This document shows, piece after piece, positions 58,537 through 64,000 of a stretch of DNA of 64,000 bases (within the stretch, counting starts at the first letter, position 1; every line of letters starts with the position of its first letter). Source of the stretch: Thermoplasmata archaeon (GTDB lineage: Archaea; Thermoplasmatota; SW-10-69-26; JACQPN01; JAJPHT01); the NCBI GenBank assembly GCA_034667685.1, contig JAXDQU010000054.1, forward strand, positions 20,742 to 84,741, in the 5' to 3' direction. The position numbers and the translations under genes are program-made. Under the pieces are notes generated by a model. The model saw only the letters and a list, made by a program, of their open reading frames with translations. It made no database searches and was not told the DNA's origin.

Positions 58537-59562
58537 GTGCCCACGAAGGCCACGCAGGACCCCAGCCTCCGCCCGAGCCTCAGCCCCAGCCCGGCGAACG
58601 CGTCGCGCGACCTGCTGCGCATGGCGGACTTCGGCGCGGACCTGGAGGACGTGATCGACGCCGCGCGCGCCATCAAGCGTCTCAACAAGGGCGGCCACCC
58701 CACGCCCTACCTCGCCGCGAAGAGCGCCGTGCTCATCTTCGAGAAGGCCAGCACGCGCACCCGCGTCAGCTTCGAGGTCGGCCTCGCCAAGCTCGGCATG
58801 ACCAGCACGTTCCTCAGCACGCGCGACATCCAGATGGGACGCGGCGAGTCGATCGAGGACACCGCGCTCGTCCTCTCGCGCTACGCCGACGTGCTGGTCT
58901 ACCGCGCGTTCCGCAACGAGGACGTGAAGGCGCTCGCGCAGCACGCCACGAGCCCCGTCGTCAACGCGCTCGACGACCTGGAGCACCCCTGCCAGGTCGC
59001 GGCGGACCTCATGACCATCGCCGAGAAGAAGGGCGCCCTCGCGGGCCTGCGCTTCCTCTACGTGGGCGACGGCAACAACATGTGCCACTCGTACCTCATC
59101 GGCATGGCGATGGCGGGCATGCACGTCACCGTCGCGACGCCCGCGGCCTACGCACCCGACTCCGCCGTGGTCAAGGAGGCCGAGGCGATCGCCCACGCCA
59201 TGGGCGGGAGCGTCACGCTCCTCCACCCCGATGATATCACGCCGCTCTTCGACGGGCAGGACGTCGTCGCCACGGACACGTGGATCAGCATGGGCGACGA
59301 GGACGAGAAGGAGCAGCGCGTGAAGGACTTCGCGGGCTACACCGTCACGTCGGCCCACATGGCGCGCACGAACGAGGGCGTCTTCCTCCACTGCCTCCCA
59401 GCCTACTACGGCTACGAGGTCGAGAAGGACGTCGCCCACGGCCCGCAGAGCGCCGTCTTCGACGAGGCCGAGAACCGCCTCTGGGCCCAGATGGCGATCC
59501 TGGTCTGGCTGCTCGCGCCGTGGCGCATCCCGCAGCTGGCGGCGCAGGGCCGGGAACACTGA
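58537..59562 (+). CDS. argF: Ornithine carbamoyltransferase
   Basis: FEKASTRT, HPCQ, GDGNN, DTWISMG, HCLP, EAENR; start uncertain. Confidence 0.93.
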   Translation: MPTKATQDPSLRPSLSPSPANASRDLLRMADFGADLEDVIDAARAIKRLNKGGHPTPYLAAKSAVLIFEKASTRTRVSFEVGLAKLGMTSTFLSTRDIQMGRGESIEDTALVLSRYADVLVYRAFRNEDVKALAQHATSPVVNALDDLEHPCQVAADLMTIAEKKGALAGLRFLYVGDGNNMCHSYLIGMAMAGMHVTVATPAAYAPDSAVVKEAEAIAHAMGGSVTLLHPDDITPLFDGQDVVATDTWISMGDEDEKEQRVKDFAGYTVTSAHMARTNEGVFLHCLPAYYGYEVEKDVAHGPQSAVFDEAENRLWAQMAILVWLLAPWRIPQLAAQGREH

Positions 59563-59735
59563 ATCGGAGGATCGCGCCGACGCGCGCCGCCGAACGCCGC
59601 CAGCCCTTGGAAACGTGGCGCCCGAAATCCGATCCGATGGAATGGCGCGCGCTCTGGGCGGCGCGGCGTGGGACGCCGGATTCCGGAATACCGGCAGCAG
59701 GATGCTCCTGGGCCGCGTAGGCGCGGTGGATCAGC

Positions 59736-59996
59736 ATGCCCACCTTCCTGGACACCCACAGCGGGACCGAGCTTCCGAGCGAGCTGCGTCGCATGGTCGA
59801 GGCGCGCGTCAAGAGCGGCGAGAAGGACTCCTTCGGCGTCGTCGACCGCGGCATCATCATCGACCGCGAGGGCAACGAGATGCATTGCCTGCTCGACGCG
59901 CCCGACGCCAACGCGATCGTGAAGCACCACGAGGCGCTGAAGGTCCCGCTCGCGCGCGAGACGATCCACCGCGCCGACACGACGAGCCTGCGATAG
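59736..59996 (+). CDS. DUF4242 / SCO4226-like small metal-binding protein
   Basis: MPTFLDTH...HCLLDAPD..AI.KHH. Confidence 0.7.
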   Translation: MPTFLDTHSGTELPSELRRMVEARVKSGEKDSFGVVDRGIIIDREGNEMHCLLDAPDANAIVKHHEALKVPLARETIHRADTTSLR

Positions 59997-60026
59997 ATCA
60001 AAGCTCCGCGCCCCGCTCCGAAGCGC

Positions 60027-60344
60027 ATGCGCGCCGCGCTCCTTCTCCTCGTCCTCGTCGCCGCCGGGCTGGCCGGCTGCGCGGCGCCCGGCTCGCCCCC
60101 GGCGACGACGGTCGTGATCGAGAACGCGACCTACCACCCCGGCGAGATCACGGTGAAGAACGGGACGGTGCTCCGGTTCGAGAACCGAGACGACGTCACG
60201 CACGCGCCGCAGACCGCCGCGTGGACCGTGCAGACGCCGCCGGGCACGACCTCGCAGGTCAAGGTGGACCGCGTGGGCGACTTCGAGGTCCCGTGCGCGT
60301 ACCATGGCATCGTCTCGCCGCTGAAGCTGCACGTCGTCGCGTGA
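60027..60344 (+). CDS. Cupredoxin-like lipoprotein
   Basis: LAGC; YHPGEITVKNGTVLRFEN.D...H; CAYH. Confidence 0.75.
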   Translation: MRAALLLLVLVAAGLAGCAAPGSPPATTVVIENATYHPGEITVKNGTVLRFENRDDVTHAPQTAAWTVQTPPGTTSQVKVDRVGDFEVPCAYHGIVSPLKLHVVA

Positions 60345-60360
60345 AGAGCGAAAGCCCGAT

Positions 60361-60777
60361 GTGCCCGCGGCCGCATCCGCTCGCGTGCGCCTCGCGCCGC
60401 TCCTGATCGTCTGCCTCGTGCTGCCGCTCGCGGGCTGCGTGAAGCCACCCGGCGCGCCCGCCGACGACCGCATCGTCATGACCATCACCGACGACGCGAG
60501 CGGGAACCCTGTGCTCAGCACGACGAACGTGAGCGCGGCGCCCAACCAGCTCCTCGAATGGCGCAACGAGGGCGCCCACGTGCACCAGATGATCGTGGAC
60601 GAGCTGGCGCCCTACGGCCACACGTACGACATCCAGCCGAAGGGGTGCAACACCAGCCTGTGCAGCGTCGGCGAGCTGAAGCTTGGCCTCGCGAAGGGCG
60701 AGACCGAGACGACGTGGCACCTGCACTGCAAGTACCACCCCGGCCTCACGATGACGGTCACGGTCCGGGGCCAGTGA
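60361..60777 (+). CDS. Cupredoxin-like lipoprotein
   Basis: LAGC; WRNEG...H; C-x2-H-x4-M (CKYHPGLTM). Confidence 0.75.
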   Translation: MPAAASARVRLAPLLIVCLVLPLAGCVKPPGAPADDRIVMTITDDASGNPVLSTTNVSAAPNQLLEWRNEGAHVHQMIVDELAPYGHTYDIQPKGCNTSLCSVGELKLGLAKGETETTWHLHCKYHPGLTMTVTVRGQ

Positions 60778-60861
60778 GCCCGGCCGTCGGCTTTGACCCA
60801 AGCGCGAGAGCTCCGGCTCAGGACGGAGGGTTTCGGGTGCCCCCGGGATCGCGGCGAATCG

Positions 60862-61371
60862 TTAGGCGGCCGGTGGCGTGTCTTCTTGGACACCCATCAG
60901 GAGAAGCCAGGAGCTGGAGATCGTGAGGCCCAAGCTGGCCACCATGGCGACGGCGGCCACGTTGAGCCCCCAACCTGCCCCGAAGAAAAGCAGGCCGGCG
61001 CCGAGCATCTCGACGCTGTAGCCCGTGGTGCCGCCGATCGTCCGGAGAAGCGAGGAGCGGTGCGCGGCAGGAGTCTTCGCGACGGGAGCGTAGCTGAGCA
61101 AGTTGGCGATCGTCAGGACCAGGCACACGACGAAGAGATCGACGGCGACGGATCGGCCGTCTTGATTCGCCATGAGGGCGAGCGAGCAGCGCACGAAGAC
61201 GCCCGCCAAGGTGGCGAGAATCATGCGGGCCCGATGGCGCAAGGCCGGATCGGTCCGGATCATCTCCAAGTGCATCGACATGGCGACGACGACCAAGCCC
61301 GTCAAGGCCGCAGCGCCGCCACCAACCGTCAGGAAAAAGTCGTGCCATGGCTCCGGTTGGTAGGGCACCAA
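60862..61371 (-). CDS. Membrane protein (about 5 TM), less host-like composition
   Basis: WHDFF...GAAALTGL..VA.S motif. Confidence 0.65.
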   Translation of the reverse strand: MVPYQPEPWHDFFLTVGGGAAALTGLVVVAMSMHLEMIRTDPALRHRARMILATLAGVFVRCSLALMANQDGRSVAVDLFVVCLVLTIANLLSYAPVAKTPAAHRSSLLRTIGGTTGYSVEMLGAGLLFFGAGWGLNVAAVAMVASLGLTISSSWLLLMGVQEDTPPAA

Positions 61372-61610
61372 GCCATCAGACCCCCTTCACCGTTCCTGGG
61401 TCGGAGTCGGCAGGAATCGCCATCTCGATCTCCATGGTCTGACTGGCCACGTGCCCTCCTGCGGCATATTCGTTCCTGACTACCTTCAGGCGCCGCGTGC
61501 CGGTGGATGCGGACCGCAATCCTGCTTCGATCCAAGTTCGATCCGGGTGAAGACCCTCGGGCGAGGGTTTCGGGGCGTCGTAGGGTTTGGAGTCAAAGCC
61601 CCGGCCGTCC

Positions 61611-61623
61611 AAACGCTTATGAA
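61611..61623 (+). promoter_or_regulatory. Archaeal BRE/TATA-like element upstream of the tRNA
   Basis: aaacgcttatgaa about 50 nt upstream of the tRNA. Confidence 0.45.
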
Positions 61624-61670
61624 CGGGACGAGGGCTCCCGGCGCTGCCTCCTCCGGGAGGAAATTCGCTT

Positions 61671-61742
61671 GCCGCCTTGGCTTAGAGGTATAGCGACGCC
61701 TTGGTAAGGCGTAGGTCCGGGGTTCGATTCCCCGAGGCGGCT
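61671..61742 (+). tRNA. tRNA-Thr(GGU)
   Basis: Acceptor GCCGCCT/AGGCGGC, anticodon arm ACGCC-TTGGTAA-GGCGT, T-arm CGGGG-TTCGATT-CCCCG, discriminator U, no CCA. Confidence 0.95.
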
Positions 61743-61768
61743 CTTCTGCGACAGCGAAGCGCCTCGCG

Positions 61769-62044
61769 CTAGGCCGCGATCAGGTCGCCCAGATCGTTCT
61801 CGATCTGCTGGAGGCTGGGGAGCGGCGGAGGCTGCGTGCCCGCGACGCATCCGTGCCCGTTCCAGTAGACGCACAGCTCCATCGCGCTGCCGCAGACGGT
61901 CGTGCAGTCGATGACCATGTAGAAGCAGGCGTAGCGCGGCACCGATCCGCACCAGCCGCCGGCTGGGATCGAGGTGGATGCGCTCGCGGCGGGGACGAGC
62001 AGGAGCAGCAGGCTCGCGGCAAGGAGCAGGGGAAGGGCGCGCAT
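61769..62044 (-). CDS. Small secreted Cys-rich protein
   Basis: Signal peptide ending in ASA; 6 Cys. Confidence 0.65.
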   Translation of the reverse strand: MRALPLLLAASLLLLLVPAASASTSIPAGGWCGSVPRYACFYMVIDCTTVCGSAMELCVYWNGHGCVAGTQPPPLPSLQQIENDLGDLIAA

Positions 62045-62107
62045 GTTGTACCCGCGGCCGCACGCGGGACGGGAGCCATCAATCTGCCGTCGACGGACGC
62101 GGCGGCC

Positions 62108-62611
62108 CTAGCTTGACCCCTGGAGGATGGCCTCGACGAGGGCCGCGGGGTCGGAGAGGACCTCTTCTCCCTGCGCCGACTCGAACGCCCAGGCCATCGT
62201 GCTGTTCTGGCGGCCGAAGACCTGGAGCGTGTGGCCGCCGAAGCTCACCTGGTCCACCTGGAGCCGGTCGGGCGCCACGAGCCTCACGTGGACGGTCGGT
62301 CCCGCCTGCTGGATGCTGCGCCACGTCTCCTCCAGGCGCGCGTCGTCCTCGAAGCGCATGACGCCCACGGTGATCTGGTGGCGCACCGTCTCGTTGCCTC
62401 GCGTGTAGTCGAACACCCGCGAGGCCGCGTCGCTCCCGTCGGAGCGCGTCTCGGGCTGGTCCCATCCAAGGTGGAAGCCGGGCGGCAGCGCGGTCTCGTT
62501 GGGCAGCGTGGCGTGCAGGGGCGCCGCGTCGAGGAAGACGGTGCGGACGCGCGGCGCGGGGGCGGCGCAGCCCGCGAGGACGAGCAGGGCGACCAGGATG
62601 AGCGCGCGCAC
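62108..62611 (-). CDS. Lipoprotein
   Basis: VRALILVALLVLAGC lipobox. Confidence 0.65.
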   Translation of the reverse strand: MRALILVALLVLAGCAAPAPRVRTVFLDAAPLHATLPNETALPPGFHLGWDQPETRSDGSDAASRVFDYTRGNETVRHQITVGVMRFEDDARLEETWRSIQQAGPTVHVRLVAPDRLQVDQVSFGGHTLQVFGRQNSTMAWAFESAQGEEVLSDPAALVEAILQGSS

Positions 62612-62656
62612 GCCTTGGCCTCGGCGGGACCCGCGCATCAACGTTGGGCGATGGGC

Positions 62657-63187
62657 TCACGGGCGGAGAGGTGGGGCCGTCGCCAGGAACTCCTGCGTGT
62701 GGCGCAGCAGCCGGTGCACGTCCTCCTCGTCCATCCACGGGTTGGTGAGGTGGTCGATGACGTCCTCGTCGTCCATGCCGAGGCGGCGCCCTTCCTCGAC
62801 CGCGACCGCGTACCCCTCGATCTCGGTGGGGCGGTCCACGTACTCGTAGCGCTCGTCCCAGAGGTCGCGCCCCTCGTGGTGCTGGCGGATGTGCGTCAGC
62901 TCGTGGAGCATGTCCATGTAGAGGTCGATGTCCTTGCCCGTGCGGTAGTACTCCTCGGAGAGCACGATGCAGGGCGTCTCGACGTCGACGTACGCGAAGC
63001 CGCCGCCCGGCTTGATGAACACGAGCGCCTCGCTCACGAGCTTGGCGCGCTTCGCGGCGTCCGGCTCGATGCGCGCGAGTCCCGGGCTCTGCGTCGCGCC
63101 CGGCAGCACGTGCAGGTACGGGTGCAGGCCCGCGGGGAGCTTGCGGTTGAGCAGGCCGAAGTCCGGGACCCGGTGCTGCTTCGCCAT
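62657..63187 (-). CDS. HExxH zinc metallopeptidase-like protein
   Basis: HELTH...YVDRPTEIEGY. Confidence 0.7.
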   Translation of the reverse strand: MAKQHRVPDFGLLNRKLPAGLHPYLHVLPGATQSPGLARIEPDAAKRAKLVSEALVFIKPGGGFAYVDVETPCIVLSEEYYRTGKDIDLYMDMLHELTHIRQHHEGRDLWDERYEYVDRPTEIEGYAVAVEEGRRLGMDDEDVIDHLTNPWMDEEDVHRLLRHTQEFLATAPPLRP

Positions 63188-63488
63188 GCCGCGCGATCCC
63201 TGCCGCGGGATTTAACCGCTGGGCTTTCCCGCGCGTGAGCCGGGAGGCGCGGCGCGACGGCCGGGCAACGCCCGGAGCCGATTCTCGGGGGAGGCGCCGC
63301 GCCTCCAAGCCCGCCCGTTCCTCTGCGCGTCCCCCTCATGGACTTGCGGCCGGGGCGCGGAACGTTCAACCCGACCCTGACAGGGGGCTGCCGGTGCTTG
63401 CATCCAATTCGGGGAAGGATGGACATCCTTTTTGGATCGGAAGCGAACGGCGCCGATTGCGCCTGCCGCTCCACGGCTGCGGACGCGC

Positions 63489-63734
63489 ATGGGGGAGAAC
63501 ATGTTGACGGACGCGACCCTGCGGCCCTCGCCGCAAGCCAAGGAACTGAAGGTCAAGCTCCCGGCGGGGCATCACGTGAAGCTCATGTCGGTCAAGATCC
63601 TCACCGGGAAACCGATCCACCAGGCGGTCTCCGAGGCGCTCGACCTGTACTTTGCCGCCCATCCGCTCGAGCAGGCGCTCCTGGACGCCGGGTTCACCGA
63701 CGCCGATTCGCTCGACGAGGCCCACTCGACCTGA
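63489..63734 (+). CDS. Small ribbon-helix-helix-like DNA-binding protein
   Basis: KELKVKLP strand followed by helices ...TGKPIHQAVSEALDLYF. Confidence 0.6.
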   Translation: MGENMLTDATLRPSPQAKELKVKLPAGHHVKLMSVKILTGKPIHQAVSEALDLYFAAHPLEQALLDAGFTDADSLDEAHST

Positions 63735-63816
63735 CGTTCCGCTGGAAACAATAGCGAAACGCTCTTGGCGTCGGCCCCCCCATCCGGGGCCTGCCGAGAT
63801 ATAAAAAGGGTTGAAC

Positions 63817-64000
63817 ATGGCGACCGCCAAGAAGAGCGCCGCGAAGGCGAAGGGCAAGAAGACGGCCCCCAAGAAGGCGGTCCCCAGGAAGCCGGCCGCG
63901 AAACCGAAGCCTGCGCCGAAGAAGCCCGCCCCGAAGAAGGCGGCGCCCAAGCCGGCCCCGAAACCTGCGCCGAAGAAGGCCCCGCTGGCCGAACGCGGTT
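63817..64000 (+). CDS. Lys/Ala/Pro-rich (histone H1-like) N-terminus, partial
   Basis: MATAKKSAAKAKGKKTAPKK...PAPKK repeats; open at the window end. Confidence 0.6.
   Translation, partial: MATAKKSAAKAKGKKTAPKKAVPRKPAAKPKPAPKKPAPKKAAPKPAPKPAPKKAPLAERG

Noticed and set aside
61500-61610. TTCGA-containing hairpins upstream of tRNA-Thr as a second tRNA or att site
   Set aside because: No cloverleaf can be built and there is no match to the tRNA 3' end
1-64000. CRISPR array, rRNA, integrase or transposase
   Set aside because: No regularly spaced repeat-spacer units, rRNA-like tract or recombinase motifs seen

Overview
Very GC-rich (about 70% by eye) prokaryotic window that reads as archaeal, probably Thermoplasmatota-like. 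This is inferred from a TrmB regulator, a geranylgeranyl-reductase-family gene, GGAGGTGA/GGTGA ribosome-binding sites, TATA-like boxes about 25-30 nt before apparently leaderless starts, a tRNA-Thr(GGU) with U73 and no encoded CCA, and a membrane protein ending in winged-HTH domains. The main feature is missing from the supplied ORF track because it runs off the window edge. It is a >2900-aa iterative type I PKS/FAS on the minus strand (8776 to <1) with the order degenerate FabK/NMO-like segment, ACP, KS, AT, KS, ACP, ACP, KR, DH, PPTase. All three ACPs have Thr where the phosphopantetheine Ser is expected, and the gene lies directly downstream of FabI and an acyl-CoA carboxyltransferase. Also present: a membrane Ser/Thr kinase coupled to an HTH-FHA regulator; a low-GC NACHT/pentapeptide gene inserted into a PLP-enzyme/DUF1611/PP-loop cluster; 2-oxoacid:ferredoxin oxidoreductase; argG, argH and argF, the last two separated by LVIVD-like lipoprotein paralogs; two nucleotidyltransferase modules; a 49-bp direct repeat resembling an integration scar; long intergenic inverted repeats; several small Cys-rich secreted ORFs; and a strongly over-represented AT-rich octamer (WGATAKCW) inside coding sequence. 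All calls come from manual motif reading, not database searches.
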